Shown: positions 8,182-17,183 of the stretch, one piece after another
How the letters are laid out: every line of letters begins with the position of its first letter
Position numbering within the stretch: the stretch's first letter is position 1
Origin: Ignavibacteriales bacterium
Lineage (GTDB): Bacteria > Bacteroidota > Ignavibacteria > UBA10030 > F1-140-MAGs086
Direction of reading: 5' to 3'
Length of the DNA: 24,000 nt
Assembly: GCA_018335975.1 (NCBI GenBank)
Contig: JAGXRH010000001.1
Location: 6,215 to 30,214, forward strand
The notes under the pieces: model-generated
The model's input: the letters and a program-made list of their open reading frames with translations, nothing else
Database searches by the model: none
Told to the model about the DNA's origin: nothing
Position numbers and translations under genes: made by a program

Positions 8182-8391
8182 ATGAAATCAATTGTCATTT
8201 TTTTGTTAGCATTTTCTTTACTCTCCTGCGAAAAGAAAATCAACGTGGTTGCAATGAACGATAAGACAAAAATATTTCACAAACAAGATTGTCCGAAATT
8301 AATGATGGCGAATGTTCGGTTGATTACTGTTGAAGAAGCAAAACAGCGTGGAGGAAAACCGTGTCCGAATTGCAAACCCGAAACACGATGA
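8182..8391 (+). CDS. Small Cys-rich lipoprotein with Ada-like metal-binding motif
   Basis: Lipobox LLSC; IFHKQDCPKLMMANVRLITVEEAKQRGGKPCPNCKPE resembles the Hx3C...EA...G..PC..C Ada-type zinc-binding motif. Confidence 0.65.
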   Translation: MKSIVIFLLAFSLLSCEKKINVVAMNDKTKIFHKQDCPKLMMANVRLITVEEAKQRGGKPCPNCKPETR

Positions 8392-9026
8392 ATAACACAG
8401 AAAAAGAATTTCACCATCCGCCCATCATTCGCATAACACATTGGCTCAATGCAATTGCGTTGCTGATAATGATAACGAGCGGGTTACGGATTTACAACGC
8501 TTCGCCGATTTTCGATTTCAGGATTCCATCGGTGTTTACCCTCGGCGGATGGCTTGCGGGAGCGCGTCAGTGGCATTTTTTCGGAATGTATTTGTTTACT
8601 GTTAATGGAATTATTTACCTTCTGTATAACCTGTTCACGAAACATGGACGGGAGACAACGCTCTTTCGAAAAAAAGATGCTGCCGGAATTATCCCAATGA
8701 TGAGATACTATGCGGGGTTGCAAAAAGAACATCCGCCGCAACGGAAATACAATGCCTTACAAAAATCTGCTTATACCGTAGTTCTCCTTCTTGGTTTTGG
8801 CGGAATACTTTCTGGGATTGCTATTTATTTGCCCGTGCAGTTATCATTTGTTACTGCATTGTTTGGAAATTATGATGCAGCGCGCGTGTGGCATTTTCTT
8901 TTTATGGGTGCGCTGGTGCTCTTTACAATCGGGCATTTGTTTATGGTTGTAATATCGGGATGGAGCAACTTCCTTTCGATGTTCACGGGGTGGGGGAGGA
9001 AATACTCTGAGCCACCTACTTTGTAA
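8388..9026 (+). CDS. Cytochrome b/b6-type membrane subunit (Ni,Fe-hydrogenase / thiosulfate reductase cytochrome b family)
   Basis: RITHWLNAIALLIMITSGLRIY...ARQWHFFGMYLF...ARVWHFLFMGALVLFTIGHLFMVVISGW. ATG at 8388 overlaps the preceding stop; ORF track extends to 8361. Confidence 0.85.
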   Translation: MNNTEKEFHHPPIIRITHWLNAIALLIMITSGLRIYNASPIFDFRIPSVFTLGGWLAGARQWHFFGMYLFTVNGIIYLLYNLFTKHGRETTLFRKKDAAGIIPMMRYYAGLQKEHPPQRKYNALQKSAYTVVLLLGFGGILSGIAIYLPVQLSFVTALFGNYDAARVWHFLFMGALVLFTIGHLFMVVISGWSNFLSMFTGWGRKYSEPPTL

Positions 9027-9033
9027 CGCGTAC

Positions 9034-9065
9034 AAAAACAACATTGAGTGATTTGCTCAATGTTG
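9034..9065 (-). terminator. Intrinsic terminator for the minus-strand gene
   Basis: CAACATTGAG (9039-9048), loop, CTCAATGTTG (9056-9065); read on the minus strand the hairpin is followed by TTTTTGTA. Confidence 0.8.
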
Positions 9066-9118
9066 CAAGCGTGTTGGCAAGGTCATTAACGAAATTAGGA
9101 ATGAAAATATACTGACCG

Positions 9119-11845
9119 TTACTTTACAACCATAAGTTTTTTTGATTGGATAAAAATTTGTTTCCCGTCACGCAAAACAAGTAAACGATAAAAATACACT
9201 CCGCTTGAAACATTCGAGGCATTCCAATCAACCACGTGATTTCCCAATTCTAATTTTTCATTGTTCAAAAGAGTTTTTACTTCTTGTCCCAAGATGTTGT
9301 AAATTTTGAGTGTAACAGTTGAATTGTGGGGAAGAAAAAACGAGACCGTTGTTTTTGGATTAAATGGATTGGGGTAGTTTTGAGAAAGAAGAAAGTTTGT
9401 GTTCTGTAATGGAACATCTTTTATGGCGGTTGTAGGAGACGAAAAATGTAAAAAAGGAACATCGCTTAATCCCTTACAACCCCAAATGCGAATCGGGCTT
9501 TTGGTTATTATATACGGAGAACCAAGAAATGCATTATTGATTTTCCGAGCAACAGAATCAAGCGCATTATAATCAAAACCAAAGTCAAAAAAAGAAAGCG
9601 CGGAATCTATCTTTGCGGAAATTTGATAAATCGTATAACCGTTGAATGGGTCAGAGGGATTAGCGTTATCAAAGTATTGTAGGTAACCGAAGCGCCGGGG
9701 CGTAATATTTAATTCGCTTGCAAAAATGTTCATCTTCAGGGCAATTTGTTCTCCTGCCAAATGATTTTTATGGCGTGAATAGTACGGGTTAATTCTCTCG
9801 CCGGTTGTGCTATCTGCCCACCACGTAGAATCGTAATTAAGAAAAGGTTTGGCTGCGGCGGAACTGTCCAAGTAAGTTCCATTGATAATTGAATTTTGAG
9901 TAGGAAGGAAGCGGAGCAATCGGTTATACCATGAAATTCGAGCAAAACCATAAAAAGGTGGAAATGGTGATGGCGGCACTATATCGGATTTTACACCGAG
10001 GATAAGGTCGTTTGTTGTAGATAAATCTTTTTGCCGCAAAACTGAATCTCGAACATTTGCCCAAGACCATCGTCCTGTCGAGTCGGGATTACGTTTTAGT
10101 ACTGCCAGTACGAGAGTTTCCTGAGGAACGGTACAAAAACTCGGCTGAACAAGGGAATAAAAATTATTTGCATAAGAAATTCCTTTTCCTTGTTCAGGGT
10201 CTATCGTTATTTGTATTGTTCTTGTGCCAAGCACTTGCTGTGAACTTCCGCCGAAACCAGCAACAGCAGAATACCAATATGGTTTTCCGGAATCACAAAC
10301 GATTGTAAATGTTTGAGCAGCCACGCCAAGATTGCGAAAACTGTAAAATCCCAAATCGTTAGTAAGTGTAGATTCTACGAGGGCATCTCCTACAAAGCGA
10401 AATAATCTCCAATCCCCCTTTCCTTCTCTGTCGTGCGACGTTGCAGTATCGCCATCAAAATCTTCAAGCACTTGTCCGGTAATTGCGCTCGTCGTCGTAA
10501 AATATTTTGCCGTAAGTCCGTTTGTGCCGTTCGTTCCTGTTATATACACAGAGTTTGCCGCATCGAGAGTTATTGCGGTAAGGAAATCATTGTTGCTATT
10601 TCCATCGAGTTGTATATCCCATATTTTCGTACCGTCGAGATGATTCAATTTTGCAGCATAGAAATTTTTCAAACCTGTTGCAGTATCAGTAGAAATATAT
10701 CCACCGACGTACACTGCAGAATCGCTTCCGATTGAAACAGCAATTCCTCTATCAATCGAACTTGTACCAGCCAAAGGTCCGTTTATTTGTTTTGTCCAAA
10801 TTGTGTCTCCGGTGCTGCCACGATACTTTATTGTAAAAATATTTTCGCGTTCAATACCATGGTAATTCGTTCCTGTTATATACACATTATCCTCATTGTC
10901 TATTGCTATATCTGTAGGAATTTCATTCAAACCAACTAAAAAATTGTACCGTTTATTCCATAACACCTCGCCGTTGAGTGAATATTTTATCGTACGAAAA
11001 TCGGCATCGGAATTTCTCGAAACACCTGTAACAATAACATTATAGCTATCATCTACAACTAAGTCCACAACCTGGTCAATCTGAATATACAGTGGGACGG
11101 TATAACGACGTGTCCAAACCGTATCTGCTGAATTTCCGCTATGCGATAGTAGGACAGTAAAAAAATCAAAACTGGAGCCCGGTCCTGCACTGTAACCTCC
11201 AACATAAATTCTCCCCGCGGAAGCAACTCCAATACAAGTTCCTACGTCACTTCCTGTACCGCCATCTACAGTTTTTATCCATTGCGCAGTTGTCAAATTC
11301 GTACCGCTCGTTGCAGAATCGTACTTGATTACTACGAGGTCGGAAATTCCAGAAATAATTTCAACAGAACCGGTTACAAACACATTTCGATTTTTGTCAA
11401 GTACAAGAGCAAGCGCTTCATCAAATCCGGTTTGCCTATAACTGTAATTTCGATCCCAAAGAATGCTGCCACTCGCTCCATTAATTTTCGCTGTATAAAT
11501 GTTTGCGTGTCTTGATAAACCGGAGAAATACATTCTACCACACGCATAGAGATTTCCTTCATCGTCAATTTTCATATCAGCGAGCGAATCATTTCCATCA
11601 TTGTAAAAATTGTTTCTCCACAAAAGCATTCCATCTGCATTGTATTTGAGAATTACCCAATCGTGGTTAGAGGGGAGGGATTCGTTCATAACTCCGCCAA
11701 CAATCACATTCCCAGAACCGTCAACGAGAATTGCAACGGGAGAAAAAGCTTGTTCACTATCAGCCCATGCTTGTGTTACTTGCGCAGCTACCTCCGAAAG
11801 GCGAACACCCAAGAGAAGAAAGAAAAATACAATAAAGTTTTTCAT
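9119..11845 (-). CDS. Secreted SBBP/beta-propeller-repeat protein with T9SS C-terminal sorting domain
   Basis: Signal peptide; repeated 'GSGNVIVGGVMNE..WVILKYNADG', 'NIDNEDNVYITGTN' motifs; C-term NFLLSQNYPNPFNPKTTVSFFLP...YNILGQEVKTL...SSGVYFYRLLV...SKKLMVVK. Confidence 0.9.
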   Translation of the reverse strand: MKNFIVFFFLLLGVRLSEVAAQVTQAWADSEQAFSPVAILVDGSGNVIVGGVMNESLPSNHDWVILKYNADGMLLWRNNFYNDGNDSLADMKIDDEGNLYACGRMYFSGLSRHANIYTAKINGASGSILWDRNYSYRQTGFDEALALVLDKNRNVFVTGSVEIISGISDLVVIKYDSATSGTNLTTAQWIKTVDGGTGSDVGTCIGVASAGRIYVGGYSAGPGSSFDFFTVLLSHSGNSADTVWTRRYTVPLYIQIDQVVDLVVDDSYNVIVTGVSRNSDADFRTIKYSLNGEVLWNKRYNFLVGLNEIPTDIAIDNEDNVYITGTNYHGIERENIFTIKYRGSTGDTIWTKQINGPLAGTSSIDRGIAVSIGSDSAVYVGGYISTDTATGLKNFYAAKLNHLDGTKIWDIQLDGNSNNDFLTAITLDAANSVYITGTNGTNGLTAKYFTTTSAITGQVLEDFDGDTATSHDREGKGDWRLFRFVGDALVESTLTNDLGFYSFRNLGVAAQTFTIVCDSGKPYWYSAVAGFGGSSQQVLGTRTIQITIDPEQGKGISYANNFYSLVQPSFCTVPQETLVLAVLKRNPDSTGRWSWANVRDSVLRQKDLSTTNDLILGVKSDIVPPSPFPPFYGFARISWYNRLLRFLPTQNSIINGTYLDSSAAAKPFLNYDSTWWADSTTGERINPYYSRHKNHLAGEQIALKMNIFASELNITPRRFGYLQYFDNANPSDPFNGYTIYQISAKIDSALSFFDFGFDYNALDSVARKINNAFLGSPYIITKSPIRIWGCKGLSDVPFLHFSSPTTAIKDVPLQNTNFLLSQNYPNPFNPKTTVSFFLPHNSTVTLKIYNILGQEVKTLLNNEKLELGNHVVDWNASNVSSGVYFYRLLVLRDGKQIFIQSKKLMVVK

Positions 11846-12021
11846 AGTGGTCTCCTATAAAGCGAAACAAAGTTAGTTTTTGTTCTGGCAAAATATAGGG
11901 AGTTCCTTTCGCAATTCAAATTCAGAAAATGGTTTGTGATTCCGGGCGTAAATTGTTTCCCTCTTTCCAAAGTGGTATATTTTCCGCGTTAAAATTCAGA
12001 TACGACCAATCAATATTTTTT

Positions 12022-12240
12022 ATGGAACAACTTCTGACTAAAGCGTTTGAACGGGCATCGCAACTTCCAAAACCGCTGCAAGAAAAAATTGCAGAAGAAT
12101 TATTGGAAGACATCGAAGCCGAACTCAAATGGGATTCAACACTCGCAAAATCACAAGACAAACTTGAACAATTAGCGGAAAAAGCGTTGACAGAATTTAA
12201 GTCGGGAAAAACAAAACAATTGGGTTTTGACGAGTTGTGA
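12022..12240 (+). CDS. Small antitoxin-like protein of a TA pair
   Basis: MEQLLTKAFERASQLPKPLQEKIAEELLEDIEAELKWDSTLAKSQDKLEQLAEKALTEFKSGKTKQLGFDEL; GTGA overlap with the toxin ORF. ORF track start at 11929 is probably too early. Confidence 0.7.
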   Translation: MEQLLTKAFERASQLPKPLQEKIAEELLEDIEAELKWDSTLAKSQDKLEQLAEKALTEFKSGKTKQLGFDEL

Positions 12241-12506
12241 TTTCTCATCTTTCTGTTGATTTTATTGATTGCTTTGAACGCTTGCCCGATAGAATCAAAG
12301 ACAAAGCGCGTCAATCATATAAACTTTGGAAAAATAATCCGAATCACCCAAGTCTTGATTTCAAAAAAGTGAATCAGAAAAAATCTATTTATTCCACACG
12401 CGTAGGAATTGGATGGAGAGCGTTGGGAGTACGGGAAGATGAAACAATCATTTGGTTTTGGATTGGCTCGCACACTGAATACGACAAAATTTTGAAACTA
12501 CTGTAA
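12237..12506 (+). CDS. RelE/ParE-family toxin-like protein
   Basis: FERLPDRIKDKARQSYKLWKNNPNHPSLDFKKVNQKKSIYSTRVGIGWRALGVREDETIIWFWIGSHTEYDKIL, the layout of cytotoxic RelE-like proteins. Confidence 0.75.
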   Translation: MISHLSVDFIDCFERLPDRIKDKARQSYKLWKNNPNHPSLDFKKVNQKKSIYSTRVGIGWRALGVREDETIIWFWIGSHTEYDKILKLL

Positions 12507-12513
12507 AATAATT

Positions 12514-13815
12514 TTGAAAAATATTTCTTTGAATAAACTTACATATAAACTCTCTCCTTCTTCAACAACGCAGCAACTTAATTCACATTACCAAAAAACG
12601 ATTTTGGAAAATGGCATTCGTGTTGTTACGGAACATATTCCCTGGGTTCATTCTGCTTCGATTGGGGTGTGGTTCGATGCAGGCTCGCGCGATGAAAACA
12701 AATCGAACAGCGGCATTGCGCATTTCCTTGAGCACATGGTTTTTAAGGGAACAAAGAATTTTTCCATCAAAGAAATTTCGCAAAGTTTGGAATCGGTTGG
12801 CGGATATTTAAATGCCTTCACGACGAAAGAGCAGACGTGTTTTCTCGCGAGAATGTTGGATGAACACATCGAGCAAGCGATTTCCGTGATTTCCGATTTG
12901 GTGCAACATCCGACGTTTCCCGAAAAGGAATTGAAGAAAGAAAAATTCGTCGTGCTGGAAGAATTGAAAGACGCGGAAGACGATGCGGAAGATTTCACTC
13001 AAGAAATGTTGGAGAAAGAATTATTTCCGAATCACCAACTCGGCGTTCCCGTGATTGGAACAATGGCGAGTGTAAAAAGTTTTTCGCGTGAGAAATTGAT
13101 TTCGTTTGCGAAAGAAAATTATATCCCGTCGAAAATGGTAATTGCCGCAGCGGGAAATTTGCAACACGAAACGATTGTTGCTTTGGTGAGAAAATATTTT
13201 CAATTGGAATTTGAATTGAATCATTTGCAGAAAAGAATTATTCCACCAAAACACACAAACGGAAAAAAAATAATTTTAGAAAAACCGATTCAGCAAGCGC
13301 ATTTATGTTTGGGAACAACATCGTTCAATGTTCATCATAAACTTCGCTATTCATTTTTGGTTTTGCATACGTTACTCGGCGAAGGGATGAGTTCACGCTT
13401 GTTTCAAAACATTCGCGAGAAATATGGGTTTGCGTACACGGTGTATTCGTTTCTCAATTTTATGCGCGATACAAGCACGTTCGGCGTGTATCTCGGAACG
13501 GATGAGAAGAATATCGAAAATGCAGAAGAACTTGTGTGGAAAGAATTGCACAAACTTTCTGCTAAACCGATTTCCAAACAAGAACTCGCGCGAACAAAAT
13601 CGCAACTCAAAGGAACGATGATGTTGAGTTTGGAAAGTATGAGCAACAGAATGATGCGCCTCGGAAGTGATGAACTCTATTTTGGCGAACAAACTTCTCT
13701 TTCCACAATCACCAAACGCATTGATGAAGTTACCGTAGAAAGTGTTTTGGAAACTGCGCAAAAAGTAATTGATGTGAAAAATTTTTCGACGGTGGTGTTG
13801 AAGCCGGGGAAGTAA
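12514..13815 (+). CDS. M16 family zinc metallopeptidase (mitochondrial processing peptidase-like)
   Basis: ENGIRVVTEHIPWVHSASIGVWFDAGSRDE...GIAHFLEHMVFKGT with HxxEH motif; QQAHLCLGTTSFNVHHKLRYSFLVLHTLLGEGMSSRLFQNIREKYGFAYTVYS. Start codon uncertain (TTG). Confidence 0.92.
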   Translation: MKNISLNKLTYKLSPSSTTQQLNSHYQKTILENGIRVVTEHIPWVHSASIGVWFDAGSRDENKSNSGIAHFLEHMVFKGTKNFSIKEISQSLESVGGYLNAFTTKEQTCFLARMLDEHIEQAISVISDLVQHPTFPEKELKKEKFVVLEELKDAEDDAEDFTQEMLEKELFPNHQLGVPVIGTMASVKSFSREKLISFAKENYIPSKMVIAAAGNLQHETIVALVRKYFQLEFELNHLQKRIIPPKHTNGKKIILEKPIQQAHLCLGTTSFNVHHKLRYSFLVLHTLLGEGMSSRLFQNIREKYGFAYTVYSFLNFMRDTSTFGVYLGTDEKNIENAEELVWKELHKLSAKPISKQELARTKSQLKGTMMLSLESMSNRMMRLGSDELYFGEQTSLSTITKRIDEVTVESVLETAQKVIDVKNFSTVVLKPGK

Positions 13816-13817
13816 CG

Positions 13818-14087
13818 ATGGCAGTAATCTCAATGTTCTACGGTTTGATTGTTTCTATGTACTTTTATGACAATCGCCAGCATCACATTCCGCATATTCA
13901 CGCAAAGCATCAGAATGATGAAGCAGTTTTTTCTATCAATGATGGAACTATACTTGAAGGAAAACTACCATCGAATAAGCGAAAACTTGTCGAAGCATGG
14001 ATTGAAATTCACAAAGAAGAACTCATGGCGGATTGGGAGTTGGCAATTTCAGGAGAAAACGTTTTCAAAATTGAACCATTAAAATAA
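13818..14087 (+). CDS. DUF4160-like protein
   Basis: ISMFYGLIVSMYFYDNRQHHIPHIHAKHQNDEAVFSINDGTILEGKLPSNKRKLVEAWIEIHKEELMADWELA. Confidence 0.85.
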   Translation: MAVISMFYGLIVSMYFYDNRQHHIPHIHAKHQNDEAVFSINDGTILEGKLPSNKRKLVEAWIEIHKEELMADWELAISGENVFKIEPLK

Positions 14088-14092
14088 TCGTT

Positions 14093-14323
14093 ATGAATCC
14101 AAGAATAATAAACGTAAAACCAAACGAAGATTATACCTTGCTATTATCTTTTGAAAACGGAGAGCAAAAACTTTTCGATGTAAAACCATATTTGGATAAA
14201 GGAATTTTTCGGGAATTGAAAGATGAATCTCTTTTCAAAACTGTTCGTCCGTTTCTTGGAAGTATTCAATGGAAGAACGGACAAGATTTATGTCCCGATA
14301 CATTGTATTTAGATAGTAAATAA
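14093..14323 (+). CDS. DUF2442-like protein
   Basis: VKPNEDYTLLLSFENGEQKLFDVKPYLDKGIFRELKDESLFKTVRPFLGSIQWKNGQDLCPDTLYLDS. Confidence 0.85.
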   Translation: MNPRIINVKPNEDYTLLLSFENGEQKLFDVKPYLDKGIFRELKDESLFKTVRPFLGSIQWKNGQDLCPDTLYLDSK

Positions 14324-14332
14324 TTTCAATTT

Positions 14333-14647
14333 GTGACTGAAATTGTTCGTTCTAAAAATAATATTCCCATTCGATTAACGGAAGAACGATGGATTCATAT
14401 TACAGAAGAACATTCGGAAATGGCTGGATATTTTTTTGACGTTCTTGAAACGATAGAAAACCCGGTAATTATTTTTGAAGGTAAACACGATGAGAAAATT
14501 GCAGTCAAAGAAATTGAAAAAGGAAAATTTCTTTTAGTTTTCTACAAAGAAATTCAACGAGATGATGGTTTTATTATCACCGCATTTTTTACACGACAGA
14601 AAAAACAATTAGAGAAAAGAAAAATTTTATGGTCTCAACAGAAGTAA
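14333..14647 (+). CDS. Small protein, possible phage/RelE-like nuclease-fold (PBECR-like) family
   Basis: IRLTEERWIHITEEHSEMAGYFFDVLETIENPVIIFEG...KGKFLLVFYKEIQRDDGFIITAFFTRQ; located directly upstream of a DUF2283 gene. Fold assignment is inference. Confidence 0.45.
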   Translation: MTEIVRSKNNIPIRLTEERWIHITEEHSEMAGYFFDVLETIENPVIIFEGKHDEKIAVKEIEKGKFLLVFYKEIQRDDGFIITAFFTRQKKQLEKRKILWSQQK

Positions 14648-14859
14648 GAGAAATACTCAATGCTGTTCCGCAACTTGTTGGAATGCCGTTTCCGCGCGTG
14701 TGGTCAAGTTACGACAAAGAAGCGGATGTGTTATATTTGAATTTCAAAAAGCCAAGCCACGCCGACGATAGCGAACTTACCGATGAAGACGTCATTATCC
14801 GCTACGAACAAGGTGAAGTTGTTGGCATTACAATTTTGAATGCAAGTAAAAGAAAATAA
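14629..14859 (+). CDS. DUF2283-like protein
   Basis: VWSSYDKEADVLYLNFKKPSHADDSELTDEDVIIRYEQGEVVGITILNASKR. Confidence 0.8.
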   Translation: MVSTEVREILNAVPQLVGMPFPRVWSSYDKEADVLYLNFKKPSHADDSELTDEDVIIRYEQGEVVGITILNASKRK

Positions 14860-14870
14860 TTCTTGATTTT

Positions 14871-16592
14871 ATGAATGTAACCATTACATTAGACGGTCAG
14901 CAACTCGAAACTGATTCGTCGAAAACTATTATTCAAGCGGCAAGAGATAACGGAATTGCGATTCCGAATTTTTGCTGGCATCCGGCATTATCCATTGCGG
15001 GAAATTGTCGCATTTGTCTTGTGGATTCCGGAATGCCGAAGAAAACGCGCGAAGGACAAATCGAACGCGATGCAAGCGGAAATGCAATAATAATGTACGC
15101 GCCGAAATTACAAATCGCTTGCCAAACAACAGTTGCGGATGGAATGGTAGTGCAATCGAAATCGCCGAAGGTCATTAACGCGCGCGAAGCCGTGATGGAA
15201 TTTCTGCTCATCAATCATCCGCTCGATTGTCCGATTTGCGACGAAGCCGGCGAATGTAAATTGCAAGAATACGCATACAAACACAGCGTCGGTTACAGCA
15301 GATTTGAATTTGAAAAAGTTCGCAAACCAAAACGCGTTGATATCGGAACAAACGTTATGCTCGATACAGAGCGTTGCATTATGTGTTCGCGCTGCGTTCG
15401 TTTCTGCGATGAAATTGTGAAAGAGACATCGCTCACGTTCTCCAATCGCGGCGACCATGTTGAACTTACAACATTTCCCGGAACTTCGCTCGACAATGAT
15501 TACTCGATGAACACGATTGATTTGTGTCCCGTTGGCGCGCTCACGAGTAAAGATTTTCGTTTCAAAGCGCGTGTGTGGGAAATGTCGTCAACGGATTCTG
15601 TTTGTGTTGGATGTTCGCGCGGATGCAACACAACAATCGGCGTTCGCAACAATGAAGTTTTGCGATTAACGCCGCGTTTCAACGACGATGTTAATAATTA
15701 TTGGATGTGCGATAACGGAAGATTGAACACGTTTAAAAGTGTGAACGCAGAAACCCGTATCAAAGCGCCGATGATTCGCAAAGAAGGAAAACTTGTTGAA
15801 GTCGGTTGGGATGAAGCGTTTGCAAAAGTTGCATCGGAACTTCGCCGGTTTCAGAAAAATGAAATTGCAGTTCTCGGTTCCGCGTTTGCAACAAACGAAG
15901 ATAATTTTCTTTTACAAAAATTTGCAAAACAAGTTCTCGGAACAAAGAATCTTGATTTCTTTCAACACATAAAAGATGGCGATGAAGACGAACTTCTCAT
16001 TCGCGCAGATAAAACGCCGAATAGTTTCGGAACAAAAGAAATGGGCGTTGGAAATGGAAATGCAGAAAATATTTTAAACGGAACAATTAAAGTTTTGTAT
16101 TTGCTTGAAGATAACATTGCGGAAAATTCTGATGTTGCAAACCTTCTTTCAAAATTAGATTTCCTCGTTGTTCATTCATCGAATCACAATGAAACGACGA
16201 AACTTGCCGATGTTGTGTTTTCTGCTTCAACATACGCGGAAAAAAACGGAACGTTCACAAACTTTCAAGGAAATGTGCAGCGCATTCGTCCCGCAGTTGC
16301 AACGCTGGAACAAGACCGCGCGCTCGATGGATTTGCGATGAGTCGTTTGGATAAATTCGGTTCGCAATTTGATAGATGGATGAAAGGTGAAAAACGCGAC
16401 GCTCGTTCTTCGTGGAAAATTATTTCGGGAGTTGCCAACGCAATGAACGCAAAATGGAAATACAATTCCGCCGAAGATGTGTTCAAAGAAATTGCGAATA
16501 CGGTTTCAAGTTTTCAAGGAATGAGTTATTTTAAGATGAGAAATAAGGGAATGAAGTTGAATAGTAATTCGGTGGTTGAAAAAGGGGTGTAA
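14871..16592 (+). CDS. nuoG: NADH-quinone oxidoreductase subunit G (2Fe-2S / 4Fe-4S protein)
   Basis: VTITLDGQQLETDSSKTIIQAARDNGIAIPNFCWHPALSIAGNCRICLVD...FLLINHPLDCPICDEAGECKLQEYAYKHSV...CIMCSRCVRFCDEIV...CPVGALTSKDFRFKARVWE...CVGCSRGCN. Confidence 0.93.
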   Translation: MNVTITLDGQQLETDSSKTIIQAARDNGIAIPNFCWHPALSIAGNCRICLVDSGMPKKTREGQIERDASGNAIIMYAPKLQIACQTTVADGMVVQSKSPKVINAREAVMEFLLINHPLDCPICDEAGECKLQEYAYKHSVGYSRFEFEKVRKPKRVDIGTNVMLDTERCIMCSRCVRFCDEIVKETSLTFSNRGDHVELTTFPGTSLDNDYSMNTIDLCPVGALTSKDFRFKARVWEMSSTDSVCVGCSRGCNTTIGVRNNEVLRLTPRFNDDVNNYWMCDNGRLNTFKSVNAETRIKAPMIRKEGKLVEVGWDEAFAKVASELRRFQKNEIAVLGSAFATNEDNFLLQKFAKQVLGTKNLDFFQHIKDGDEDELLIRADKTPNSFGTKEMGVGNGNAENILNGTIKVLYLLEDNIAENSDVANLLSKLDFLVVHSSNHNETTKLADVVFSASTYAEKNGTFTNFQGNVQRIRPAVATLEQDRALDGFAMSRLDKFGSQFDRWMKGEKRDARSSWKIISGVANAMNAKWKYNSAEDVFKEIANTVSSFQGMSYFKMRNKGMKLNSNSVVEKGV

Positions 16593-16598
16593 GTTTTT

Positions 16599-16859
16599 AT
16601 GCCAGAAATAAGTAGATTTTTCGGAATCATAATTACGATGAAGGCAAACGACCACAATCCTCCGCATTTACACGCAAAGTATCAAGATGAGCAAGCAATT
16701 TTTGATATTCAAAGTGGCGAAATTCTGCGGGGAAAATTTTCTGAGCGAGCAGCTCGATTAGTTCAAGATTGGATTCAATTACATTCTGTTGAGTTAATGG
16801 TTGATTGGAATTTGGCATCAAAAAATCAACTTATTTTTCCAATAACACCTTTAAAATAA
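16599..16859 (+). CDS. DUF4160-like protein (second copy)
   Basis: ISRFFGIIITMKANDHNPPHLHAKYQDEQAIFDIQSGEILRGKFSERAARLVQDWIQLHSVELMVDWNLA. Confidence 0.88.
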   Translation: MPEISRFFGIIITMKANDHNPPHLHAKYQDEQAIFDIQSGEILRGKFSERAARLVQDWIQLHSVELMVDWNLASKNQLIFPITPLK

Positions 16860-16861
16860 AT

Positions 16862-17176
16862 ATGATTATGGACGAATGGATTACAATTACTTCCGTAGAA
16901 AATAAAAGCAATTACATTTTACGGTTAACATTCAGCGACGATTGCGTAAAAGAAATTGATATGTCGGATTTGAAATATCTTTCCGGTGATTTTTCTGTTC
17001 TCAACAACGAAGAAGATTTTCGGAAAATAAAAATTGTTGACGATGGCAGAGCGTTGCAATGGGAATGTGGTTACGATAATTGCGCGGATGAACTTCGTTA
17101 CTTTCGTGATTACATTTTTGCAGAAGGTTTAGAAAATTCTTCGTTTGAATTAGAAAAAGAAAATGTTATCGCTTAA
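16862..17176 (+). CDS. DUF2442-like protein (second copy)
   Basis: YILRLTFSDDCVKEIDMSDLKYLSGDFSVLNNEEDFRKIKIVDDGRALQWECGYDNCADELRY; ATG at 16862 is likelier than 16805. Confidence 0.8.
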   Translation: MIMDEWITITSVENKSNYILRLTFSDDCVKEIDMSDLKYLSGDFSVLNNEEDFRKIKIVDDGRALQWECGYDNCADELRYFRDYIFAEGLENSSFELEKENVIA

Positions 17177-17183
17177 CTTTTCA

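Noticed and set aside
12648-15458. Long minus-strand ORFs (12648-12998, 13393-13833, 15108-15458) opposite M16 and nuoG genes
   Set aside because: They are antisense shadows of strongly supported plus-strand genes, with no recognisable domain and Ser/Phe/Arg-rich composition typical of reverse frames.
14871-16592. nuoG as a truncated pseudogene
   Set aside because: At 573 aa it is shorter than some homologues, but all N-terminal cysteine motifs and the molybdopterin-oxidoreductase-like region are intact, and shorter NuoG forms exist.
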